A stretch of DNA of 64,000 nucleotides, taken from contig NW_027117341.1 of the NCBI RefSeq assembly GCF_038025025.1, positions 2,294,001-2,358,000 on the forward strand, in the 5' to 3' direction. The notes below the pieces were generated by a model, which was not told where the DNA came from, searched no databases, and was given only the letters and a program-made list of their open reading frames with translations. The DNA comes from Phyllosticta citribraziliensis. Lineage: Eukaryota. The position numbers were made by a program, and so were the translations under genes. The stretch's first letter is position 1. The number at the start of each line of letters is the position of its first letter. Of the stretch, positions 36,660 through 48,515 are shown in pieces.

Positions 36660-37365
36660 AAGTTTGAACCGACGCGGGCGCGACCAGACCGGACATACTT
36701 CATGGTACTGCTAGGGTGCGCAATGTGATGCCCCTTCCTCACGCAACACCATATACGGATTCCGGCACTACCATCAAGCCCTCTGCGAACCTCGAGCATT
36801 CGTCGCCAAGGACAAGATCTCCGCGAACGACAAGATCTCCGCGAACCTCGACCAGATCTCCGCGAACCTCAAGCATTCGTCGCCAAGGACCAGTCGCCGA
36901 GCAAGTATTTCAAAAAAGTTCGAACCGACGCGGGCGCGACCAGACCGGACACACTTCAAGGCCCTTCGCGAACCTTGAGCATTCGTCGCCAAAGACAAGA
37001 TCTCCACGAACCTCGAGCATTCGTCCCCGAGGACAAGATCTCCGCGAACCTTGAGCATTCGTCACGGACAAGATCTCGGCGAGCCGCACAATCTCAGACC
37101 CAGAGCCCTCCGTGAACCTTGAGCATTCGTCGCCGAGGACAGATCTCCGCGAACCTCGACCATTCGTCCCCAAGGACAAGATCTCGGCGAGCCGCACAAT
37201 CTCAGATCCAAAGCCCTCCGCGCACCTCGAGCATTCGTCGCCGAGGACGGATCTCCGCGAACCTCAAGCATTCGTCCCCAAGGACAGATCTCTGCAAACC
37301 TCGAGCATTCGTCCCCAAGGACAGATCTCCGCGAACCTCGAACATTCATCGCCAAGGACAAGATC
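36660..37365. repeat. 37/38-bp minisatellite (TCTCCGCGAACCTCGAGCATTCGTCGCCAAGGACAAGA), ~11 copies with higher-order duplications
   Basis: Directly visible; the unit length is not a multiple of 3. Confidence 0.9.
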
Positions 37366-39738
37366 GCACCTGCGGACGTTGGAGCCAGACTTTGCATTCA
37401 GGTGGGGATTGCGGTGAGACCGTCCTATTGAACGCAACTACACGGCCACGCGCAAGCGGTGTTTGATAGCAGCCAGCCAGCCAGCCAGCCACAATAGCTT
37501 TGTATTTACACATTTTCCTAATAGCCTATTTGTTACGCTGCCGCTGACGCGCAGAGCGCATTTTGAACCATGACGCGCGCAAGGTGTCCACATACATGTC
37601 GTGATGGCGACCGGGAACGGACACTTTGGCCATGAAACGCGCGACCGGGGATGCGCAACGGACCGCCGCCAGAAAGTGAGCGACGATAGTCCATCCCAAT
37701 GCTCCTCCCCCGTTGGCTTGGTCACATCACCAGTCACGTCACCTCCTTCCTCCTTCTGCTCCTCTCACCACCTGGACTCCGCCCTATGTCTCGCCATCTT
37801 TTCTTCTCTCAACCTCAACCTCAACCTCACCCTCACCCTCACCCTCGCGGGCCGTCACGCTTCCGCCAGCCTCGCTCGCTTGCTCTTCGTCCCTCCATCG
37901 CTGACTTGTGAGTACACCTGTGTTCCTCCATGGCCAGGCAGCCACCCTCCCTCTGTTGCATCATCGCGCTGACCGAAGCAGACGAGACGACGAGCAGCAT
38001 TGGAAGACCTCGCCCTCGCCCTCACCCTCGCCCTCACCCTCGCCCTCGCCTTCATCCGCTCTCGTCAGCCGAGTGCTCTGTGCGACCGGTGACGCATTGG
38101 AAGACGGTTGAACAATACCGCCTGTGGTAGAGCGACTCTGGTACTCAATGCTCATTAGCGGGGTGTGTTGTCAGGGCAGTATGCTTCCCCACTCTTCTTC
38201 TCGTTCCAAGCCACTATTCTGACCAACTGCACAGGCTGCGGGTGTGTTTTCGTGGTCCGGGCCGGCCCAAGGCTGCTTTGGCACCACTCTGACTTCGCCT
38301 TGGACCTTGACTCGGCTTCGGCTTGGATCTTGGATCTTGTTGCCATCAACGACACATGCCCCATTCAGCGGCTTGATTGCCTTGAGTTTTCCGCTTATGA
38401 AGCTGACTGACTGTGCGCAAACAGACTCCGCCCAACGCTTCTGCTTGGATGACCGCCGTCCTGGACCCTTGTTTGTCCAAATCATCCTCAACCCGGACCG
38501 ACTTTACGCATACCCCGCCCATCTCTCGCCGTCATCGTCGGTCGGACACAATGCCCCTTTGGTTCTGCAATGTTGGTTTGCCCAGCTCATTCTCGCCGTG
38601 TTCTCAAAACTGACGGTACGCAGGTCTCTCGCCGTCGCCGTCACCGTCGGTCAGACACAATGCCCTTCTAGATCTAGATCGCACCACACACTCGAGGCCC
38701 TTCCCGGTCCGCCGACTACCGTGGACACAACCAACACCACCTCACTCACCTCAGTACCTTGCAACTATCGCACCCTTTCCATCCCACCTGATGATCGCCT
38801 ATCCCGGACACTCCAGCTCGCTTGCTCCCGCGCTCGCTCGCTCACACCCTTCACTGCGCAGACTGCTTCTCCAACCGACCGACCGACCGACCACCTCTCT
38901 TGCACAGCCCGACCAACTCACGATTGAAGGAACAATTTCATAGTTGGGGCACATGGCCCATGGTAAACCCTGCGGGCAGGCTGTAGTGTGGCGCTCTCTA
39001 TAGAAGCGTGCTCGCCAAATGTAGAAATCTTAAACTTGAAAGGCAAGACAGCAACTCCATTCGTGCCAAACAACTAGAAGCCGACATGTTGCCTTAGGTT
39101 CCCTTGCGCGCCGCACTCCTATCCACTCAACCAGAGCCCTTTATAAAATCTAGCAGACTCTGACAGGCCGTGGCTCTAGGAAGAGGAACCACAAGGCTAC
39201 GGCAGCAGGTGGAAGCGACCAAAGCCAAAAGGACTGCGTAATACCCCGGGTCAAGCTCTGCGTCACACGATGGGGCGCCGATTTTTGATATTCCCTGGGT
39301 GAAGAACAATTAAATCTACCACAATCCAGTTGCAGGCAGGAAGGAAAGGCTACAAGAGGTAGGAGGTAGTATAGACCAGAATGACGGTGTTTACGCCTTT
39401 TCCAGGGTCCGATCCATACAGGCAGGCCTCCCCGATCCTATGCGCACTTCGTCGTCGCTTTTTCTGATTACGACGACCCGAGCTTCCAGCTTTGTGGGTG
39501 CTTCCGCGGCTTAGACAGCCGGGGCTAGACAGTGGTGGTGTTCTTATTGGCGGGGTAGAGCAAACAGCGGCGGTGCGCTTAGTGGTGTAGTAAGTACTGT
39601 CTCGGGAAGAGTAGGATTATTCACAGTCAGGGGGAGAAACCCACAGAGATAGAAAAGAACGACAAGGCCCTCTGTGCCCCATAATCATCTCCATCCTTTC
39701 CCTCTCCTCCATTACCATCCTCTTCGCCTTCTCTAGTC

Positions 39739-40272
39739 ATGACTTCTCAAACGCCACCAAGTCCGTCGGAAAATCCCATCAAAAGCCAGAAGCAACATCC
39801 GGCCATCCAAAAAAAAGGAGACACCAGATCCGCAGAAAAGCCAGCTTTCGAGATGGAGTCTGACAACCTAGGTGCCGCTACTCCCGTCCACAATCCCACC
39901 ACGCGCACCCGGCAACAACAATCTACTCCTCCACAAACGCCCGCTCCTCCTTCTCCTCCTTCGCCTCCGTCTCCTCCTTCTCCACGTCTACGGCGCAAAC
40001 GGCGGCTCTCCGATTTAGACCTCTCTCCAACAGATGGAGTGGGCCGCAACGTGCGACGACGCCTTGTTTGGGACGCCGAGGGCGGAAAAGGCGGCGGCGC
40101 TGAGGGCGACGAACCAGTGGACACCCTTGCTCAGTGGGAGGAGGAGGAGCTATTGCCACATGCCGATTCCCCACCGAGCCCGAGCCCGAGCCCAAGACCA
40201 GCACGCACAGTTGGCCGCCGCAGCATCGCTCAGTCTAGGATGCGATTGGCTCTGCGCCAGAAGGACCGCTGA
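39739..40272 (+). CDS. Disordered protein with 14 S/T-P sites, RRL motifs and NLS (Sic1/Rum1-like architecture)
   Basis: 177-aa ATG ORF containing TPPQTP, SPRLRRKRRL and VRRRLVW. Confidence 0.65.
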   Translation: MTSQTPPSPSENPIKSQKQHPAIQKKGDTRSAEKPAFEMESDNLGAATPVHNPTTRTRQQQSTPPQTPAPPSPPSPPSPPSPRLRRKRRLSDLDLSPTDGVGRNVRRRLVWDAEGGKGGGAEGDEPVDTLAQWEEEELLPHADSPPSPSPSPRPARTVGRRSIAQSRMRLALRQKDR

Positions 40273-40744
40273 AGAGGGATAATGGATGGCACAGACATGG
40301 AAGGCATGGAGGCAGCGGCGGATGGGTGACATGGCGGACAAATTGCAGGCAGGAAGAAAGGCAGGTGGAGGAGAATGGAATGAAATCAACGACAAGTTGG
40401 CGGGCAAGGGGCGGTTTGCTTTTTATTGTTTCATGCATTTCTCTTTTTTCATCGTCATCATGGTTGCGAATCAATCACAGCATAGTGGCAGTGAAAGGGT
40501 ATACCGCGCAAGGGTGCCGACCATTTCACTAAATGGCTTCTACCCGCCTCCCCCTAAGATTCGTTCCTCGCCTCACTCAGATAAGTCTTAGACTGGCTGA
40601 TCCGAGCACCATCTATAGTATGGAGGCCGCAGCCGTGCATTTGTCTTGGCCACCCTCCCCTGAGGCATAGAGTCCTATGAGAAGAGCAACTAGGTAGCAT
40701 GTAGGCAGGTCTTCACGAGCCTACCAGCTCCTCCCGATTCCAAA

Positions 40745-41193
40745 ATGTCAACAGAAATGCCACGCGATGCAGTGCCCGCAGGGAAGAAGCGCCGCTACCG
40801 TAGGTCAGCACCTCTAGCTATCAACAGTGCCGCTTGTTGAAATGTCTACAGGATCCTCTAGTCTAAAAGACAGAAGAACAAGAAGAAGAAGAAAGCAGCC
40901 CCGCCCCACCCCGCCTCGCCTGCTCGGATCCGAATGACCCTTGACGCCAGAGACACTCAAGACAGTCCGACCTTAGGACCGCAGACGACATTGATGAGGC
41001 GGCCGAAGCCATGTTGTTGGCGTGGTCGCAGGTGGTGCGGCTTTGCGGCGGCGGCGATGCCAACATGTGAGACCAGTCGCAGCTCATTAACAAGACGCTC
41101 GGAGACCAGGCTGCGCATCTTCGACGGTGGGTGGCGCGCTGCCAGGAGCAACATTCATCGGCCAAGGGGCGTAGAGAAGAGCAGCGGGTCTAG
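40745..41193 (+). pseudogene. Disrupted paralog of 15134..15776
   Basis: DAVPAGKKRRY followed by an intron-like segment. AMLLAWSQVVRLCG..LGDQAAHLRRW aligns with LMREAWGHVAGFCG..LDDVAADIAVW. Stops at 40864, 40942 and 41068. Confidence 0.7.
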
Positions 41194-41425
41194 CTTGCAT
41201 CGCCTGCCTAGCTCGGTTGGTTTTGGTGGACTGTGAATTCATCGAAACCACGTTTTATCGACAGCCTCTTTCTAGCAATGAGAAGACTGATTACATACAG
41301 CAAACATGTCAAAAAAGAAAAACAGAAAGGAAAGAGGAGACGATGAACAATACCTGCCAGTAAAGTCAGCCCAAAAACCTCTTTCAAGATGGCTTACAGC
41401 AGCTGCTGCTGCTCAACCCTGGTTC

Positions 41426-41731
41426 TCAAAGTGATTTCATGCGCGTCTGCAGCCCGCGCACTGTCATCGAGGCGCTGCGGAGGACGTGGGTGGCGCGGTT
41501 GGGAAAGGCGTCGAGGTTGCGGCAGCGTTCCCGTCGCCTGCGAAGCCTTGGGAACGCTGCTCTTCTGTCTTCGTTGGGGTAGTCGAAAGGGCTCGCCAGG
41601 TGCACGGCCCTAGGGTACGATGCGGGTCCGGCGTTGTCCATGTTGTAGATGGGGATCCTTGGAGCGGCGGCGGCGGCGGCGGTTTTGGGTCGTTGAGGGC
41701 CCTGCAGTGTCTCCTTGTCAGCTTTGTACAT
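41426..41731 (-). CDS. Small basic hypothetical protein (~101 aa)
   Basis: ATG ORF MYKADKE..; no family recognised. Confidence 0.4.
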   Translation of the reverse strand: MYKADKETLQGPQRPKTAAAAAAPRIPIYNMDNAGPASYPRAVHLASPFDYPNEDRRAAFPRLRRRRERCRNLDAFPNRATHVLRSASMTVRGLQTRMKSL

Positions 41732-42867
41732 GATGGCATTTGGTGTGATGGGATGCGAGTGAGCTGACCGTGGCTGAGCCGTGGTTTTGTCGAGACATGA
41801 CGGGCTGGAAATTGAACGACTTGAGCTAGCTTGAGCTAGAACAAGCAGGCTGGCAGTTTTTTTGCGCGTGGGGGGACGGTGGATGTACGGCGCGAGGGGG
41901 AGACGCAAGAGCGAGTGCGTGAGCGCAACGCAATGGACCAGAGGACGGCGGTGGGGAGAAGCGCGGAAGTGATGTGGAAGTTGCTGGCAGCGGCGGTGGT
42001 GGTGGTGGTGGAGAGGGATGTACAGGCGTCTTGCCAAAAGTGAGGGCGGAGCCGACGAGGCAGAATTCAGATGGCGCAGGAAATGTTCGAGGCCACTGCC
42101 ACGTCTCGCCCGGCGCTTGATCGCTTTGTCCTACGTCCTTGGTGTCTTGTCCTACCTTTTCGCAACGGGTTTTGTCGCTCTTCTCAGTACTGCCCTCTCG
42201 CCATTGCCAGTGGCCCGATTGTGCAATGACTCGGCGGCTTGCCCATTTGAAGAGCGTTCAGATGGCGAGAACATGGCGGGTGGTCATAGAAGGGGGGTGG
42301 CGTGGAAGAACTGGCGTGTCGATCTTTGGGAACGTTGCTGCTGCTGTTGCTGCTGTCAGTGCTGAGAGAGTGTCAAGAGAGAGCCAAGTAACTGAGGGAG
42401 CAAAAGCAAACTGAAGAGGGAAGCGTGAGATGGCCATATGTCAGGTGGTGCGTGTCTTGAGATGTAGTGAGATGGTGTTGAATGCCCCCGCCATTAGATG
42501 ATGATGACGGCACTGCAGTGTGCAGTGCCTAGACTCGGCTGTGCCGCTCCGACCTGAGGCCCGCTTACGAGGTCATGTGCCGGTGATCACGTGCTGACGC
42601 GCAGTCGTGTTCCGTTCCTTACCGTAGGTCGGTTGGTTGTGTTGTGATGCTTACTTACACGCCCGGCAGGTACCGTACCGTCGCATCGTACCAATTTGAC
42701 CTCAGCCTCGACCTCGACCTCCATGGCGACTCTTTACCTCGCCTTCGCCCTCGACTCACAGCCTCACCCTCGCCCTCGACGACCACGACCACGATCAGAC
42801 CGCCGCCGACCCTGCATCGCCATCATCAGCGCGCACTCCCGCCTCCTCTCCTCGGCCCACCTGCGCC

Positions 42868-44725
42868 ATGGTCCGTCCGGCCAGGGAGCCCGTCATACAG
42901 TCTGATCTCATGACCCCCGTTACAAGATCCATTTCCGGGCGCTCTGTCGCCCCGAACAGCAACGAAGCCGCCGACGATGAAGACCACTCCTCCAACAGCA
43001 GCGATGGTGACTCAGGGTCTGAGAGCAACGACGGCCAGAACGGCCCGCCCTCCCGCTTTGTAGGAACGACGGAACAATTGGCCGCGTCCAGATGGAAGCT
43101 CATGGGCGAACACGCCTACAATTCACGCACATTTGTGACCCAGCTTAGAGAGTGGGCCCATCAAGGAACCTGGACTTTGGATGAGCTGGTGGAGCAGATG
43201 CAAGCGGTCCGCTGGGGAGAGAACTCAGAGCAGCAGACACTGAAGCGCGTCACCAAGAAACACATGTACACCGTCGGCGTTCTGTATGAGTGCCTGGCGC
43301 GTGCACACAGCAGGGTCAAGAGTTGTCTGTGAGGAACCTGGCCCCGAAGCTGAAGCGCAAGTCAACTGGTGACACCGATGACTCGGACGAGCCTGAGCAC
43401 CATCCGACCAAGCGACGAAGAAGGGCGGAGAAGAAGCAGACACGGGATGCGAAGAAGAGATCGGATACACGGAGCACCCAGTATGCGCCTGAGTCACCAC
43501 GGACAACCCGATCATCCCCATCTGTTGAACATGGACGTGGTGGAGACGCCGATCTCGACGATATGCCACAGTCCAGCAGGCCATCTCCGTTGTCGTCTCT
43601 GTCGCCTTCAGCGCGGCACGCCTCTCCATCGCCTCCGCGGGCGCCGTGGACGCCTCAATGGCATGAGTTCAACTTGGATCTAGAAAATTCAGATGTACGG
43701 CAACACGGCCAGTATGACGACAATGATGGTGATATCTTGGACGCACTATCAGATTCGGATTTACAACAACACGGCCAGGACGACGACAACGATGTTGATG
43801 TCTCGAGAGCACTATCAGATTCTGAAATTGAGGCGCTCTTGAGGATCTTTCTGCCATGAAGTTGCCAGCTGTGGCCCGCTGCCACTTGGGATGCTGCTAT
43901 CCAGGATCCAAACTCGACGCACTTGGCCGTGGCGGTCCGTCCGGCTGGCGCCACCAGAGGTTGGGCCATCTTGGTGTTCGACCTCTTGAACAGCACATGC
44001 ACCAACCTGAGCCCTCGGGCTGACCAAACTCCACTAATGATGATCTATGAAAGACTCCTACCTTTGCCCTTGCAGCGCAAACTCGGTGCAGAGACAGTCA
44101 TACTAGACGGCATCCAACACGCCCAAGCCCTCGACAGTGGCACCTACGCACTAGTTGGAGCCCTCTTTTATCTCTACAGCACTGTGCAGCCCAAGGAGGT
44201 GGAAGGCAATCTATGGAGGTACATGGTTCCAGCAACCTTGGCTGAGTATAACAACCCGGGCGTCGACAATGTTGGACTGCCTCCTAAGGTCTTAGACGAC
44301 GCCACTATCACCTATAGAGAGGATCTCATCAATACCGACCCGGCCGCATTGGACTACTAAAGCCTAGGGTGCCTTAGTCATAATATTTAGATACACGCGG
44401 CTAACCTTTAAGGAAAGCTATAGGTCCTTAATAATAGTATAAATCTAGACACGCTATAAGCCGTATTTAGAGTAGTAAAGTAGGACTTAACTAAGCATCA
44501 TAATATATTAGAGAAGGAAAGTAAATAATACTAGAAGTAGATAGCATCTATTAAGATAGTAAAGGAGTTTATAGGATAATATAATAAGTATAGAGACTTT
44601 AGTAGTACTATTAGTAAGTAGGAAATAATAGTAGCCTAGCTAGTATCTTCTCTTAAAGGTACCTACTACTAGCTAGATAATACTATTAATACCCTAAGAG
44701 CTACTTAGGCTAGATAGAGGGTAGT
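42868..44725 (+). pseudogene. Degenerate Ulp1/C48-peptidase-like gene with coiled-coil tail, progressively RIP-mutated
   Basis: ORFs 43290 and 43923 share a frame, split by TGA at 43857; frameshift near 43325. Motifs LSDSEIEALL, GWAILVFD and QHAQALDSGTYAL echo WLND.II, HW.L.V.D and QQ.N..DCG. After 44358 the frame continues with TAA/TAG where Gln codons fit. Confidence 0.5.
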
Positions 44726-45049
44726 AAGTTAGTAGATCTAAACTAATATAAACCTACTAAAAAGGGTATTATAGGATATTTTAGCTAGGTTATAGGTAGT
44801 TTAGGCTAAGATATAGAAGATAGATAATAAGTTTTAGACTATAAATAAGGACCTTATTAATAGTAATAGTAATAATAATAATACTTTTACTAGTAGCTAG
44901 CTAGTATCCTTTTATTTACTCTTAGATATAGACTTAATATAGTATTAATAGTTAGGAAGAATATACTTAGTTAGAGCCTAGACTATATATAGATAAGGAT
45001 TATCTAGTAAGAACTCTCTTAGTTAGTAAGAATAATAATTCCTAGCTAT

Positions 45050-45605
45050 TATAGTACCTAGTAGAGGAAATTAATACTAACTATAAATAATTAATAGATA
45101 GAAAGTAAGAGTAGTTATTATATAGCTAGTATAGAATAACTATCTACTTATAAGCTAAGTAACTAAGGCTAGTATATATATATATATATTACTAAGTACT
45201 AAATACTATAAAATATAAGTTATATCTTATATTTATATAGTACTACCTTTCTCTTCTAATAAGAAATATCCTTATTACTTAGTTATCTAGTAAATTATTA
45301 TCTAGAGATAAGAGTACTATTTATAATATATTATAATAATATTATATATAGTATTAAAGTCTCTATTATCTTTACTATAAGAAGCTAGATCTATTTAATA
45401 GTTTATCTAGTTAATCTTTAATTAAAGCCTACTAATAGCTATTAGCTAGTACTCTATAATCTCTTTAATCTTCTACTTATTATCTATATTATTCTAGTCT
45501 TATAAAGCTAGACTCTTAGCTAGCTATTATCTAGATAGTATATTATTACTAGTAATAATAAGCTATAATATATTAACTTACTATAAGTTTATAAGCTAGT
45601 AGATA
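45050..45605. repeat. Unidentified RIPped repeat, also at ~60280-60860 and partially at ~62010-62190
   Basis: Shared TAATTAATAG..AGTAAGAGTAG.TATTATATAGC..AGAATAACTAT blocks at three places. Confidence 0.7.
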
Positions 45606-45779
45606 GTTATTTTTTATTTATTTTTTATTTATTTAATTAGTTTAATATACCTCTTAAGTCTAAGACTAAAAGAAATAAGGATACTATTCTAATTATACTA
45701 AAATAGCTAATATATTATATAGTCTAGTAGGTTAAAACCTTATTAGATCTATATATATATTATATTATATACTAAATAA

Positions 45780-47690
45780 ATTAAACCCTAAATTTCTTAC
45801 TAAGACTAGTACTAGTTAAAAGAGAAGAGTTATATAATAATCTTATTCTATAAGGTTTAAATAGTTTTAGTACCTTCTAGGTAACTTTTAGATAAGCTTA
45901 CTATATAAGCTTATAAAATAGAATTAGGTAGTTTAAATAGTATATTTCCTATTCTAATCTAGTAACTTATTAGTAAGATATTTAAAAGAGAAGAAAATAC
46001 TTAAATAATATATCCCTATAGAAGATTACCTAGTAGATAGATAAACTTTAGAATTACTAGATAATTACTATAGGCCCTAAGATATTATATAGTAATATTT
46101 CTTAGACTTAGTTACTCTCTAATCTACTCTAATTTTAGGGGCCTTTCTATATAAAGACCTTACTAGGACCCCTACCTACCTAATAGGGACTAGAGTACTA
46201 AATACCTTATATATAGATTCTATACTTCTATATAGTAGAAGTCTAGAATATCTTTTAGAATCCCTATATCTTTAATATTAGTTAAGTTATTATTAGTTAA
46301 AACTTTTAAAGTTATTATAAATAATAATTTCTTCTACTAACTTTATTTATTTAAGGAATATAATAGTTCCTTAGTACCTAACTAAAACTAAGTTTTATTA
46401 GAGAGTTAGTTTTATACTAGGTATAACTCCTATATAATTATATAGATAGTAAGATAACTCCTATATATTTATATAGAGAGAATATTTCTCTCTATAATTT
46501 TTATTAGGTACTAGGCTCTAAATTAATTAGGCCTTATAAATTATATAGATAGTTAGAAAACTACTAGTTAGTAGAGTATATTCTTTCTAGTTATTCTATT
46601 TATTAGTTAGGTACTACCTAACTTACTAGTATTCTCTTTATTAGAAAGAATATACTTAATTAGAGAATTAGGTCTATTATTATATAATAGATACTAGTTC
46701 TCTTAGTAATAGAGAAAGGTATATAAGAAGGCCTTAGGTCCCTCTAGATAGCTTCTCTAATAATAACTCTTTTTATCTCTTCTACTTTACTAAATTTACT
46801 CTTTTTACTTAAAAGACTTTTCTCTATCTATTTAAGACTACTAGTCTACTAAGACCTATATTCTATAACCTACTAGTAAATAGACTAGAAGGGTATAGAG
46901 GTATATTTCTTAGTATAGGCTTCTATAGTAGTCTTCCTCTATATTAATACTAAAATAAGGCTATACTTCCTTACTTTAGTATTCTATCTAAGGGAATCTA
47001 GGGGGAATATAACCTCTACTAGCTATAATCCTATCTTAAATACTTATATAATAATATATATTTATTATATAGAGGGGACTAGGCTCTAGTATATAGTAAT
47101 ATCTACTTAGAGGCTAATTTCTCTCTAAGTAATTACTTAACTATTTAAGGATTATATAAGAGGATAAGGTACTTAGAGAAATTATCTATATATCTAAGTA
47201 GTCTTAGCTATTAAGCCTACTTATAGGGATAGCCTAGGTGATACTATTATAAGTTAATATATCTAAAGCTCTAATTTTTAGCTCTCTAACTATACGTGCT
47301 ATTATATAGGAAGGGGTAGAAAGTTATAAGAAAAGAGGAATAACTTTATACTCTCTATATCTCTATAAAATATTATCTAATTAGAATAAAAAGTAGTCTT
47401 ATTTACTAATAAATTTAACTTTAAAAGAGCCATATCTATCTAGCTAAATAAAGATAGATTAGGTATATATACTAAGAAGCTTATTCCTACTCCTAAGACC
47501 TATAAGTATAAGAATAACTAATAGTTTAGATACCTAGAAAATAGGTATAAAAGGCCTATAATTTTTAGAGTATATATAGATACCTATACTACTTTCTAGT
47601 ATTTTTATAGGACTAGTAGCTACCTAAAAGGGTAGGTCTATAAGTATATAGAACCTAAATAAACTAATTATAGTAAAAACTACTAATTTA
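45780..47690 (-). mobile_element. RIP-degraded LTR-retrotransposon internal relic, possibly Ty1/copia integrase region
   Basis: Minus-strand LDRYGSF..YFLF*LDNIYR can be de-RIPped toward D.CGPF..YFL..VDD..R. Weak. Confidence 0.3.
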
Positions 47691-48351
47691 GCTATAAAAG
47701 ATATCCTAAATTCCTAGTAAATACTAACTTAGAGTTAGTATTTAATATAATATAGTATACTAAGGATAGTAGTATAGAGTTTATACTATATATAAAGTCT
47801 ATATTAGGGGAATTAGCTAATTCTTTTAATAAAAAATACTCTACTTTTAGGGAGGCCTTATTTTCTAAGTCCCCTAATACTACTCCTATTATATAGAATA
47901 GTTATATCTCTAGTAATAGATAGAAATAGCCTAAATTAGACTCTAAAAAACTAGAGCTAGCTTACTTTACTTAAATTTAAGGGAAAATACTAGGTCCTAA
48001 TACTATATATATATTATAAATTAAGATCTAATTAAAGCTACATATTTATTTATTTATTTAGTTTAACGTGCCTCTTAAGTCTAAGACTATAAGAGATAAG
48101 ATAGTTATCCTAGGCTCTCTAGGTCGCTTATATAATTTATAGCCTATTAGGTTAAAACTATATTAGGCATATATATATAGCTACTACTTCTTTATAGGTT
48201 TTTAATAGTTATAATTAGATATTTTAAGCTAAGCCCTTATAGGAAAATTACTAAAATAGTAATTTATATAGAAATAAGTAAAAACTAAGTGAGTGTAATT
48301 TTATGAAGGAAATGGTAAGGTTTTATAACTAGAGGAGTAAGATATATAAAG

Positions 48352-48475
48352 ATATTTATTTATTTAGTTTAACATGCCTCTTAAGTCTAAGACTATAAGA
48401 GATAAGGATGGCTATCTTAGTAGTTCTATATAGCTTATATAGTATATATCCTATTAGGTTATAACTATGTTAGGA

Positions 48476-48515
<40 letters not shown>

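Noticed and set aside
36040..37365. CRISPR-like array
   Set aside because: Eukaryotic context, and the units are contiguous without unique spacers.
38150..39550. Possible coding region
   Set aside because: Only stop-riddled or antisense-like ORFs, with no recognisable motif.
1..44400. Starship element call
   Set aside because: No DUF3435 tyrosine recombinase or boundary repeat was recognised in this window, and the Myb gene is explained as Scm3. It cannot be excluded beyond the window.
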